Below are positions 24,703 to 32,812 of a stretch of 34,584 nucleotides of DNA, in pieces. Every line of letters starts with the position of its first letter. The stretch's first letter is position 1. The translations under genes and the position numbers were made by a program. Origin of the DNA: a virus; the IMG/VR virus record IMGVR_UViG_3300045988_085215, positions 1-34,584 of that record. One strand, given 5' to 3'. The notes under the pieces are model-generated. The model searched no databases, was not told where the DNA came from, and saw only the letters and a list, made by a program, of their open reading frames with translations.

Positions 24703-24829
24703 AGAAGAACCAAAAGAGCCTAAAAAAACACCGCTTGACGGTATGACACTAGATGAAAAAGTTGCATACTTAAAAGCAATGATAGACCAACGAAAATACG
24801 CAAACGAAAGCGACAGAGATTTTCTATAG
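24680..24829 (+). CDS. 49-aa ORF, either separate or the +1-frame continuation of the previous gene
   Basis: Not in the track. MNHLKKIEEEPKEPKKTPLDGMTLDEKVAYLKAMIDQRKYANESDRDFL. GGAG lies 11 nt upstream. This frame overlaps the 24430 frame across an A8 run (24669-24676). Confidence 0.45.
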   Translation: MNHLKKIEEEPKEPKKTPLDGMTLDEKVAYLKAMIDQRKYANESDRDFL

Positions 24830-24841
24830 GAGATGTAAACT

Positions 24842-26074
24842 ATGATTGATGATAAGGCATTATTCGAAATACAATGTAATATAATAGGTTACTTGTTAAA
24901 GCATAAAGAAGATATAGACAAGTTATCTATTAATGAAAACTATTTTAAAGAGTTTGGCAATTCAAACTTCAAATATTTATTTAAAAGAATAAAGGAACTG
25001 CATAAAGAGGGGAGAGACGCAGAACTTCTCACGGATTTGTTAGAAGATAAAAACATAAATCAAGACTTTGTTTTTAACACTGTTTACAAAAGTAATCCTT
25101 ACGAAGAGATTGCAAGCATTCAAGGACTAGAAGATACAATTATAAGCGCCTATAAAGATAGACTTGTAAGAAGTGAATTTAGAAAATATGATAATGGCAA
25201 ATGTGATATTGATGAATATTTTTCTAATTTAAATATTATTAATAGTTTAGGAACTATTAAACAGGAAACCTTGGGCGTTGCAGATTTTAACTTTCTAGAG
25301 ACTGAAACCAACGCTATTATTGGTTTAGGCTTTCCAAAACTAGAAGCATTTTTGAAGATGAAAGAGCATGACTTTATGGTTATTTCTGCAAGTGGAACAG
25401 GAGGAGGAAAGACGGCTCTCGCTCTTAATATGCTGAGTGAACTATCAAAGCGTTATCCGTGTGTTTATTTTAATATGGAGATGGGCGAAGAAGATATAAA
25501 GGCGCGCTTGTTATCAATTGAAACAGGAGTTCCAATGGATACCCTAGAAAGATACCGTTATATCACTGATACAGCGCTCAAGAGCCGTATTGATAACGGT
25601 ATAAATGAAATAGTAAACAATAAGAGAATAACGCTTGTAACAGGTGCTAAGAGCCTAGAAGCAATAAACACAAATATAAACAGATTGGATACAGATGAAC
25701 ACGTTATCGTGTTTGTAGACCACATCGGCATGATTAGAGGGCTCAGCCGTTCTTCCTTGTATGAGAAGACCACCGAGATAGCAAAGAGCCTCCGTGCGCT
25801 TGCATTAAATCATAACGTTACAATGATAGCATTATCTCAAGTAAGCCGAGGTCAGCCACAACAGGGGCAGAAAGCACAATTCAACGAAGCCCCAACGCTG
25901 AGCAGACTAAAAGAAAGTGGAGAGATTGAAAACAGCGCAAGACAGGTCGTATTCATCTATAATAAATGCGAAGATGATTATTATTTACGTATCGCAAAGA
26001 ATACGCGAGGAAGTGTTGACGTTGATATACCTATCGAGTTCACAAAGAAGATAATGACCATTAGAGAAAAGTAA
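24842..26074 (+). CDS. replicative DNA helicase (DnaB-like)
   Basis: 410 aa. It has a DnaB-N-like N-terminus, Walker A ISASGTGGGKTALALNM, Walker B VIVFVDHIGMI, and SQVSR downstream. Confidence 0.8.
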   Translation: MIDDKALFEIQCNIIGYLLKHKEDIDKLSINENYFKEFGNSNFKYLFKRIKELHKEGRDAELLTDLLEDKNINQDFVFNTVYKSNPYEEIASIQGLEDTIISAYKDRLVRSEFRKYDNGKCDIDEYFSNLNIINSLGTIKQETLGVADFNFLETETNAIIGLGFPKLEAFLKMKEHDFMVISASGTGGGKTALALNMLSELSKRYPCVYFNMEMGEEDIKARLLSIETGVPMDTLERYRYITDTALKSRIDNGINEIVNNKRITLVTGAKSLEAINTNINRLDTDEHVIVFVDHIGMIRGLSRSSLYEKTTEIAKSLRALALNHNVTMIALSQVSRGQPQQGQKAQFNEAPTLSRLKESGEIENSARQVVFIYNKCEDDYYLRIAKNTRGSVDVDIPIEFTKKIMTIREK

Positions 26075-26105
26075 GCCGTAACTATTATGTTATGGCTTTT
26101 TTTTA
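26074..26105 (+). terminator. rho-independent terminator
   Basis: Stem agccgtaac / gttatggct (one G-U pair) with loop tattat, followed by tttttttt. Confidence 0.7.
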
Positions 26106-26135
26106 TTTTATTCAAAACTTTTTTTAAATTAATGC

Positions 26136-26164
26136 TTGCATATATGTATTATATAGCGTATAAT
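26136..26164 (+). promoter_or_regulatory. sigma-A-type promoter (TTGCAT-N17-TATAAT)
   Basis: ttgcatatatgtattatatagcgtataat followed by gaacttgtaaggaaagagagg. Confidence 0.55.
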
Positions 26165-26194
26165 GAACTTGTAAGGAAAGAGAGGAACAGAAAA

Positions 26195-26495
26195 ATGAAA
26201 AAGTTTGATTTATGCGTTAAATTAATTGTTGAAGATGTAAAAGGAAGATTTAACAGGTTACTATAAAAATAGTGACATTGAAACGTGGGTGGACTACCTA
26301 GAGGAAACAGGTAGAGACAGCAGAGAAGTAAAAGAAGATGTATATTATACATTAAACAGATATAGCAATGACAACAATGTAGAACTATACTTCAATGACT
26401 GCAACGAGTTAGAACTTGAAGATGGCTCATTACTAACATACCGTAAACTAATGAATGCGGTTAGAAAAGAACTAAAAGTTGAGGGTTTATTTTAA
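26195..26495 (+). CDS. hypothetical protein with a split reading frame (23-codon ORF plus a +1-frame 84-codon continuation)
   Basis: The promoter and SD serve the ATG at 26195 (ORF ends at 26266). The track ORF 26289-26495 has a GTG start with no SD, and its frame is open from 26241. Removing one A from the aaaa at 26239-26242 joins the two as MKKFDLCVKLIVEDVKEDLTGYYKNSDIETWVDYLEE... Confidence 0.5.
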
Positions 26496-26502
26496 TAAAC
26501 CC

Positions 26503-26531
26503 TTGACTATATGTCATATATAGTATATAAT
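26503..26531 (+). promoter_or_regulatory. sigma-A-type promoter (TTGACT-N17-TATAAT)
   Basis: ttgactatatgtcatatatagtatataat followed by cataagtgtagaaagaaagagg. Confidence 0.6.
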
Positions 26532-26576
26532 CATAAGTGTAGAAAGAAAGAGGTAACCCCTCAAGGAGGAATAATT

Positions 26577-26855
26577 ATGAAGACAAGAAAGAATTCAAGA
26601 CAGAGAAGTTTTGCTATTGCTATGGATATGTACACAAATGAGCAGTACATTGACATGTTAGAAAATGAAAAAGGTATCTTTTACGTTGGTTGGGGCTATG
26701 ACGCAACATCAGACATTGAAGAATATGACGGCGAAGATTTAAGGATTAATCATTCAGCCGTTGCAGAAGTTAAAGTAGTCTACAACAAACAATTTGATGA
26801 ATACATGAATGTTGTAAAGACTTATACAGGAAATACTTACTTTGTACAATTATAG
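26577..26855 (+). CDS. hypothetical protein (92 aa)
   Basis: The internal ATG at 26577 has SD aaggagg. The track start at 26511 lies inside the promoter and is rejected. Confidence 0.6.
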   Translation: MKTRKNSRQRSFAIAMDMYTNEQYIDMLENEKGIFYVGWGYDATSDIEEYDGEDLRINHSAVAEVKVVYNKQFDEYMNVVKTYTGNTYFVQL

Positions 26856-26920
26856 GAGGACAGCCCAAAAATGGGCGCTCCTATTCATTGAATAAAATAT
26901 ATAGAGAATTGAAAAAATGC

Positions 26921-26949
26921 TTGACATTGATGTATAAAAGCAGTAAGAT
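26921..26949 (+). promoter_or_regulatory. sigma-A-type promoter (TTGACA-N17-TAAGAT)
   Basis: atgcttgacattgatgtataaaagcagtaagat, upstream of the Cro-like gene. Confidence 0.5.
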
Positions 26950-26976
26950 AAAGAAGAAGAAAGGAGGGGTGTTAAA

Positions 26977-27183
26977 ATGAATAAAGATTTTGACATGGCA
27001 ATGTTTACACCGAGACAGGCTAGACATTTAAGCGGTTTGAGCGTCCAAAAGGTCGCAGATAAACTCGGGATTAATAGTGTAACCTATTTCAATAAGGAAA
27101 AAGGTAAAACAAGATTCTATGTAGATGAAGCAATCCTTTTTGCTCATATTGTCGGTGTTCCGTTTAAAAATATTAAATGGTAA
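26977..27183 (+). CDS. XRE/Cro-like HTH transcriptional regulator (68 aa)
   Basis: RQARHLSGLSVQKVADKLGINSVTYFNKEKG is a classical HTH_3 pattern. SD aaggagggg. Confidence 0.75.
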   Translation: MNKDFDMAMFTPRQARHLSGLSVQKVADKLGINSVTYFNKEKGKTRFYVDEAILFAHIVGVPFKNIKW

Positions 27184-27204
27184 ATAACAGGAGGATTTAT
27201 AAAC

Positions 27205-27954
27205 ATGTATAATTTAGAAGTATTTAAAAACGAGGACTTTGGTTCAGTTAGAGCACTAGTTATCAACGATGAGCCTTGGTTCGTTGGTAAGGACGTTGCA
27301 GAAGTGCTTGGATATAAAAATCCAAATGACGCATTGGGTAAACACGTTGAAAATGAAGATAAAGATACAATCGCGATTCGCGATTCTATCGGTAGAAACA
27401 GAAACACTCCAATTATTAACGAAAGTGGTTTATATAGCCTAGTGCTTTCAAGCAAGTTAGAGAGTGCTAAGAAGTTCAAGCGTTGGGTAACTAGTGAAGT
27501 ACTCCCAACACTGAGAAAAACAGGCAAGTATAGCATTAATGAAATGGATGGCAAAGAACTACTTGCAAGAGCAGTTATTGAAGCAAACAAACTCATCGAA
27601 GAAAAAGACAGACAGATTGAAGAAATGAAACCGAAGGCACTTTTTACGGATGCAGTTTCTGCAAGTAAAGGAAGCATAACTATTGGAGCACTTGCGAAAA
27701 TGCTTACTCGTAACGGAGTAACAATTGGACAGAACCGTTTATATGCATGGCTTAGAGAAAACGGCTATGTAGTCAAGGATGGCAGAAACAAGAACGTAGC
27801 AACGCAGAGATACGTAGAGCAAGGCTTATTTGAATTAAAGGAAAACTTGACATTTGAAAATGGCGAACCTGTTATTAGAAAACCTACCACAATGGTAACA
27901 GGAAAAGGACAGAAGTATTTTATTAATATGTTTCTAAGAGGATTAAAATTTTAA
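27205..27954 (+). CDS. antirepressor (Bro-N domain plus KilAC/ANT C-terminal domain)
   Basis: The N-terminus FGSVRALVINDEPWFVGKDVAEVLGY...ESGLYSLVLSSKLESAKKFKRWVTSEVLP is Bro-N-like. The C-terminus ITIGALAKMLTRNGVTIGQNRLYAWLRENGYV is KilAC-like. Confidence 0.85.
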   Translation: MYNLEVFKNEDFGSVRALVINDEPWFVGKDVAEVLGYKNPNDALGKHVENEDKDTIAIRDSIGRNRNTPIINESGLYSLVLSSKLESAKKFKRWVTSEVLPTLRKTGKYSINEMDGKELLARAVIEANKLIEEKDRQIEEMKPKALFTDAVSASKGSITIGALAKMLTRNGVTIGQNRLYAWLRENGYVVKDGRNKNVATQRYVEQGLFELKENLTFENGEPVIRKPTTMVTGKGQKYFINMFLRGLKF

Positions 27955-27971
27955 TAAAGGAGAACAGTAAC

Positions 27972-28274
27972 ATGAAAAAAGACATTACAATTTTAGGAGT
28001 ACTTGATGAAGAAAAAGGAAAATTAGAACTGAGTAAGAACGGCTTAAGCGTTCCACATCTAGTCATGACAATTACTGCATTAACAAAAATGTTATTTAAT
28101 GATATGGACGAGGAAGACCACGACACAATGCGAAAACTTCTAAATGACATTGCAGAAGACCCCGAGGAAGAATTGAAAAAACAGTTTGAAGCGATTAGAA
28201 TTTCAAGACTATTAAAAAGCCTAAGAGAACTCGGAGAAGTCCTAGAAGACGATGAAGATGGTGCAGTAAATTAA
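27972..28274 (+). CDS. hypothetical acidic protein (100 aa)
   Basis: SD aaaggaga. The protein is rich in Asp and Glu. No family recognised. Confidence 0.6.
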   Translation: MKKDITILGVLDEEKGKLELSKNGLSVPHLVMTITALTKMLFNDMDEEDHDTMRKLLNDIAEDPEEELKKQFEAIRISRLLKSLRELGEVLEDDEDGAVN

Positions 28275-28405
28275 AGCAAAAGAAAAGGGGGAACTCCTAA
28301 ACGGAGAACCCCCAATTCTTATAACATCTTTATCTATTTATTTTATAAAAAAGATTGATGAAATATCAGACATGTTTATATTAACATACTAAAGGAGAGA
28401 TTACA

Positions 28406-28594
28406 ATGAGCAAATTTGAAAAGATTATATTAACGTTATTTAATATTTTAATTGTAGGAGTGCTAGGCTATAGCGTGATTAATGGCAATAATTACAATGT
28501 TGCAGAAATTAAAACGGTTATGGCTATATCATTAATGTTTAATTTATTGTTAATTGAATATATGCTTATTAGAGTAAGCAAGAAAAGAGGTTAA
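28406..28594 (+). CDS. small membrane protein (62 aa, two TM helices)
   Basis: SD aaaggaga. It has two hydrophobic helices and a basic C-terminus. Confidence 0.55.
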   Translation: MSKFEKIILTLFNILIVGVLGYSVINGNNYNVAEIKTVMAISLMFNLLLIEYMLIRVSKKRG

Positions 28595-28597
28595 GGC

Positions 28598-29536
28598 ATG
28601 GACGGAGTTATTAAAATCCCACTTCCAAAAACGCATGAAGAATGGTTGGAAGACAGAAGAAAAGGAATCGGAGGTTCAGATGTCGGAGTAGTCCTAGGCT
28701 TAAACAAATATAAAAGCCCCTACACTTTATGGGCTGAAAAAAGCGGTTTACTGCATACAGAGGAGATAGACAACGAATCAATGAGGATTGGACGAGACCT
28801 TGAAGACTATGTGGCTAAGCGCTTTATGGAAGCAACAGGACATACAGTTGTAACGAGTGATTATTCTTTTCAATCTGAGCGTTATCCGTTCATGTTGGCA
28901 AACGTTGACAGGCTATTGACGGACGAGCCATGCGGTTTAGAATGCAAGACAGCGAGCGCACTTACAAGATACGACTTTGAGAACGGAGACATACCGCCTT
29001 CATATTATTGTCAATGTATGCATTATATGGCTGTCACGGGGCTAAAGAAGTGGTATATAGCCATTTTAGTAATGGGTAAGGGTTTCTATTGGTTTGAAAT
29101 TAATAGGGATGAAGAAGAAATTAAGGCGCTCATAGAAGCCGAGGAAGACTTTTGGAACAAGGTTCAAACAGGGGAAGCACCACCAATCGACGGAACAAGT
29201 TCCACTGCAACAACACTCGGAGCAGTATTTAACCGTTCTAAAGACAACAAAGAATGCGTATTAGGGCATGAGGCAGAAACAGCGCTAAACATGATTTACA
29301 ATATAAACGAAAAGTTCAAGGAGTTAAAAGAACAGAAGACCTTGTATGAGAATATCGTTAAAAGAGAAATGGAAGACGCAGAAAGAGCAGAAGTTGAAGG
29401 ACTTGTAGTAACATGGAACAGAAAAGAGACGGAGCGCTTTAATCAATCAGACCTTAAGAAGTACGAGCCAAGCACCTATAAAAGATTTATGAAGAAGACC
29501 ACATCCGAAAGATTTATGGTAAAAAAGAAAAAATAG
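28598..29536 (+). CDS. YqaJ-like recombination exonuclease (PD-(D/E)XK)
   Basis: RKGIGGSDVGVVLGLNKYKSPYTLWAEKSG is the YqaJ N-terminal signature. ANVDRLL...GLECKTA fits the D...ExK active site. Confidence 0.85.
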   Translation: MDGVIKIPLPKTHEEWLEDRRKGIGGSDVGVVLGLNKYKSPYTLWAEKSGLLHTEEIDNESMRIGRDLEDYVAKRFMEATGHTVVTSDYSFQSERYPFMLANVDRLLTDEPCGLECKTASALTRYDFENGDIPPSYYCQCMHYMAVTGLKKWYIAILVMGKGFYWFEINRDEEEIKALIEAEEDFWNKVQTGEAPPIDGTSSTATTLGAVFNRSKDNKECVLGHEAETALNMIYNINEKFKELKEQKTLYENIVKREMEDAERAEVEGLVVTWNRKETERFNQSDLKKYEPSTYKRFMKKTTSERFMVKKKK

Positions 29537-29538
29537 TA

Positions 29539-29567
29539 TTGACTTTATGCTATGCATGGCATATAAT
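29539..29567 (+). promoter_or_regulatory. sigma-A-type promoter (TTGACT-N17-TATAAT)
   Basis: ttgactttatgctatgcatggcatataat followed by gaatatagaaattaaaagagagg. Confidence 0.6.
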
Positions 29568-29602
29568 GAATATAGAAATTAAAAGAGAGGAGCAAAAAAG
29601 CA

Positions 29603-29917
29603 ATGACAGAAGAAGAACTACAAAATTCAATGTACAATGTAGAATGCGACCTTGAAAAGGTTGACGATGATGTATCGTATTTAATCGAGGTCTTAAGGTA
29701 CAGAACGGATGAAGTGAGCAGAATTAAAGAAGACCTAAAAGAAGACAGAATTCTTTATAGAGGACTAGACAACGTTCACTTTCATTTAGAAAACTGCACG
29801 GAAACTCTAGAGAAGATTTTAGTAGTATTTAGAGACCGTAGAAGCAAAACAGAAGAATATACAAAGATATGTAGCCGATTGGTTAAAGGAGGAATTGAAA
29901 ACAATGAGAGTAAATGA
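29603..29917 (+). CDS. hypothetical protein (104 aa)
   Basis: SD agaggag. No family recognised. Confidence 0.6.
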   Translation: MTEEELQNSMYNVECDLEKVDDDVSYLIEVLRYRTDEVSRIKEDLKEDRILYRGLDNVHFHLENCTETLEKILVVFRDRRSKTEEYTKICSRLVKGGIENNESK

Positions 29918-30128
29918 AATTGTATCAAGGGTAAGTGAAGATAGTCTATTACAAATTAAGGATTTAAGCCGTGATATTGAACTAAACGGCTTTAAGAAAG
30001 ATATTGTTGAAAATGAGTTATTTAAGAATCTAAAATTAGGTAACTTGTTAGTCACAAATATTTATTTAGGGGTATCACATGACGACCCGATGTTAGTTCC
30101 TATGATGTTTATTTATGCAGAAAAATAG
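29904..30128 (+). CDS. hypothetical protein (74 aa)
   Basis: The ATG at 29904 lies 11 nt after aaaggagg. The track TTG start at 29895 is too close to the SD. Confidence 0.55.
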   Translation: MRVNEIVSRVSEDSLLQIKDLSRDIELNGFKKDIVENELFKNLKLGNLLVTNIYLGVSHDDPMLVPMMFIYAEK

Positions 30129-30143
30129 AGGATGAGAAGAAAG

Positions 30144-30302
30144 ATGTTAAATAACATTACAAGAAGAGACATCGTGGGAGATGTTCTAACATTCTTCGAT
30201 TATGTAGAGGAACTAGAAAGAGAAAACGAGCGCTTAAAAGAAGAAAATGAGCGCTTGAAGCAAGAAAGAAATGCAGAGCCTAGAGAGGCAAAGGAGGAAT
30301 AA
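30144..30302 (+). CDS. small coiled-coil protein (52 aa)
   Basis: Not in the track. MLNNITRRDIVGDVLTFFDYVEELERENERLKEENERLKQERNAEPREAKEE. It fills the gap before recT. Confidence 0.5.
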   Translation: MLNNITRRDIVGDVLTFFDYVEELERENERLKEENERLKQERNAEPREAKEE

Positions 30303-30308
30303 TTAATT

Positions 30309-31115
30309 ATGGCAGAAGTTAAACAAAAAGGAATCATCGCTCAGACTGCTAAAAACGAAGTAGGAAAACAGCAAGGGCAGACAATTAAAGATTATATTAA
30401 ATTATACAAAGGTGAAATTGCTAAGGCGCTCCCTAGTGTCATGACTCCCGAGCGTTTCGCTAGAATCGTTACAACGGCAGTCACTAACAATCCCAAGCTT
30501 GCAGAATGCACCCCACAATCATTCGTGGGGGCGATGTTAAATAGTGCACAACTAGGGCTTGAGCCTAACACATCACTAGGTCAAGCGTATCTAATCCCAT
30601 ATGGCAAACAATGTCAGTTCCAAATTGGATATAGAGGATTAATCGACCTTGCTTTTAGAACAGGAGAGGTCAAGAGTATCACTGCTGAGGTAGTATGTGA
30701 GAATGACACGTTCGAATATGAACTAGGCTTAGAGCCTAAATTGAAGCATATTCCTAGCAAGTCAAACCGTGGGCGTCCTGTCTTCTATTATGCAGTATTC
30801 AAGTTGAAGAACGGAGGAGAGGGCTTTAAGGTCATGTCTAAAGAAGAAATTGACGAGCACGCTCGAAAGTATTCAAAGAACTATAACGGCGGTATATGGC
30901 AGAAAGAATTCGACGAGATGGCTAAGAAAACAGTCCTTAAGAAGTTATTGAAATATATGCCATTGAAGGCTGAGTTTGTTAGAGCGGTAGCACAAGACGA
31001 GACCGTAAAAAGTTTTGACGGTATGAATGCAGAAGATATCGCAGACAAGCCAAACGAATTTATGGAGGCAGAATTTGAAGTAAAAGAAGATACAGGGGAG
31101 GTTATCAATAAATAA
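30309..31115 (+). CDS. recT: RecT-family single-strand annealing recombinase
   Basis: TPERFARIVTTAVTNNPKLAECTPQSFVGAMLNSAQLGLEPNTSLGQAYLIPYG is a typical RecT core. Confidence 0.85.
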   Translation: MAEVKQKGIIAQTAKNEVGKQQGQTIKDYIKLYKGEIAKALPSVMTPERFARIVTTAVTNNPKLAECTPQSFVGAMLNSAQLGLEPNTSLGQAYLIPYGKQCQFQIGYRGLIDLAFRTGEVKSITAEVVCENDTFEYELGLEPKLKHIPSKSNRGRPVFYYAVFKLKNGGEGFKVMSKEEIDEHARKYSKNYNGGIWQKEFDEMAKKTVLKKLLKYMPLKAEFVRAVAQDETVKSFDGMNAEDIADKPNEFMEAEFEVKEDTGEVINK

Positions 31116-31486
31116 TGAACACACTAGAAGAAAAACTAGAGATTTCAGAGTTTAATTATAAAGTCCTTAAAGGCAACTACAAGCACGTTGTCAATGAGCG
31201 TGATAAACTTAAAGAAGACTATAAGAAGTTAGAAGACAGATATATAAAGCGCTACAGTTTATATTGTGAAAAGGTCAAAGACAAGGTGGAACTACAAAAC
31301 GAACTTGAAAAGACAACCAAGGAATTAAAGGAATATAAAGATAAGTACGTGAAAGCAATGAACAATTGCAACGCTTTAATCCTAGAACGTGAGGACTTGA
31401 GAAAGAAAAACCGAGAAGTAAACCGAGACTTCTTCATAGTCTCTATATTAATGTTTATTAGTATATCAATTGTTATACTTTCATAA
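31115..31486 (+). CDS. coiled-coil protein with a C-terminal TM anchor (123 aa)
   Basis: Heptad-rich, Lys/Glu-rich sequence ending in FFIVSILMFISISIVILS. Confidence 0.55.
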   Translation: MNTLEEKLEISEFNYKVLKGNYKHVVNERDKLKEDYKKLEDRYIKRYSLYCEKVKDKVELQNELEKTTKELKEYKDKYVKAMNNCNALILEREDLRKKNREVNRDFFIVSILMFISISIVILS

Positions 31487-31491
31487 TTAAC

Positions 31492-31520
31492 GGCTTGCAG
31501 AAATGCAAGTCTTTTTTTTA
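31492..31520 (+). terminator. rho-independent terminator
   Basis: Stem ggcttgca / tgcaagtc with loop gaaa, followed by tttttttt. Confidence 0.75.
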
Positions 31521-31554
31521 TTTATAAAAACATTAAAATAATTTAAAAAAAGTA

Positions 31555-31582
31555 TTGCAATACATAGAAATAATAGTATAAT
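31555..31582 (+). promoter_or_regulatory. sigma-A-type promoter (TTGCAA-N16-TATAAT)
   Basis: ttgcaatacatagaaataatagtataat followed by gtaagtatagaaagagagg. Confidence 0.55.
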
Positions 31583-31609
31583 GTAAGTATAGAAAGAGAG
31601 GTGATAAGA

Positions 31610-31945
31610 ATGTATAAGGATTTAGAAAAGATTAAAGACATGATGATGTATAAGGCTTTGGAGATGGACGCAGTCGCTCACGCAAACGGAGAAGACCTAA
31701 CAATTACGATTGCTTCTGAGGAAAGCGCAGAACTAATCCAAGCGTTGTCTAAAATCAAGCGATACGGTTTTGACGGAGACTATAAAGACAACCTCCAAGA
31801 AGAAGTTGCAGATGTGCTCATCTGTATTAGTGAGTTATTATCCCTTGGTTATATTGATATGGACAAAGTAGAAGAATGGCATACCTATAAAGTCAATAGA
31901 GAAATTGAAAGAGCAGAGCAAAGAAGAAAGGAACAGAAAAGATGA
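31610..31945 (+). CDS. MazG-like nucleotide pyrophosphohydrolase
   Basis: EESAELIQAL...LQEEVADVLICISEL fits the EExxE...ExxD metal-binding helices of the MazG family. The ATG at 31610 lies 8 nt after gagagg. Confidence 0.55.
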   Translation: MYKDLEKIKDMMMYKALEMDAVAHANGEDLTITIASEESAELIQALSKIKRYGFDGDYKDNLQEEVADVLICISELLSLGYIDMDKVEEWHTYKVNREIERAEQRRKEQKR

Positions 31946-32352
31946 AGACTGTAGAAGACATTACAGGGCTTAAAAAGCCGACGTTTGAGGACTATTTAAA
32001 GGAACAGAAGAAAAAGCCCGAGGATGATTGTTATGACGCTTACGTGGACAATTTAGAGGCATATGCATATAACCTTGAAAGGTTCATCGAGAGACAGGAA
32101 GCCAAAAAAGAAGGCTATATGAATCTTCTATATGGAGATTTAAAAGACCTAGAGCACTTCAACGATAGGGCTATAGACTTAAACTATGATATCTATTTAG
32201 CACTTGCAGAAATGCTCAGAGAGGAACATCAAAACGTTTTTGACGCTTTACATGAGCAGTGGTACGATAACCTAGCAAGACAAGAGCGTATAATCATGGC
32301 TTTACAGAATTTTATAAATACAGAAAGAGGAGAGAAGAAAGATGGAAACTAA
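31942..32352 (+). CDS. hypothetical protein (136 aa)
   Basis: ORF in the overlapping gene chain. No family recognised. Confidence 0.6.
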   Translation: MKTVEDITGLKKPTFEDYLKEQKKKPEDDCYDAYVDNLEAYAYNLERFIERQEAKKEGYMNLLYGDLKDLEHFNDRAIDLNYDIYLALAEMLREEHQNVFDALHEQWYDNLARQERIIMALQNFINTERGEKKDGN

Positions 32353-32812
32353 TTATAAGGAGCAGTACGAAGAACTCGTACAAAACTATCAAGACTTCAA
32401 GGAAGCTGTTATTAACTCATTAGAGAGCCTAAAAGGTCATGTGGTTTGTGATTATGATAAGGGATATAATCAAGGAGTAGAAGAAAGTATCGCAGTCGTT
32501 GCAGATATGGCAATACCTTTATATTTTGAGGCTGAGCAGAAACCGTTCTTCCTGTTAAGACGATTAGAGTATGAGTTACTTAAATATTGGAAGGATAAGG
32601 GATATAAATATATCGCACGTGATAGAGATTTAACGTTATATATCTATAAAGATGAACCGTTAAAGAATGAAGATGTATGGGCGACTGAGTACGGACACGC
32701 TGAATGTTGCAGTTATTTTGATGACTTCTTTCAATTTATCGAATGGACTGATAAATACCCATTTAATATCGAAAAATTATTAAATACTAGCGAGGTGATT
32801 GAAAATGACTAA
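32342..32812 (+). CDS. hypothetical protein (156 aa), paralogue 1
   Basis: The C-terminal ~80 aa is similar to the next ORF (LEYELLKYW...YIARDRDLTLYIYKDEP...FFQFIEWTDKYPFNIEKLL). Confidence 0.6.
   Translation: METNYKEQYEELVQNYQDFKEAVINSLESLKGHVVCDYDKGYNQGVEESIAVVADMAIPLYFEAEQKPFFLLRRLEYELLKYWKDKGYKYIARDRDLTLYIYKDEPLKNEDVWATEYGHAECCSYFDDFFQFIEWTDKYPFNIEKLLNTSEVIEND

Noticed and set aside
27144-27677. 177-aa minus-strand ORF opposite the antirepressor gene.
   Set aside because: It is a shadow ORF of the Bro/KilAC gene, which has clear domain motifs. It has no SD or promoter and a Ser/Leu-rich composition.
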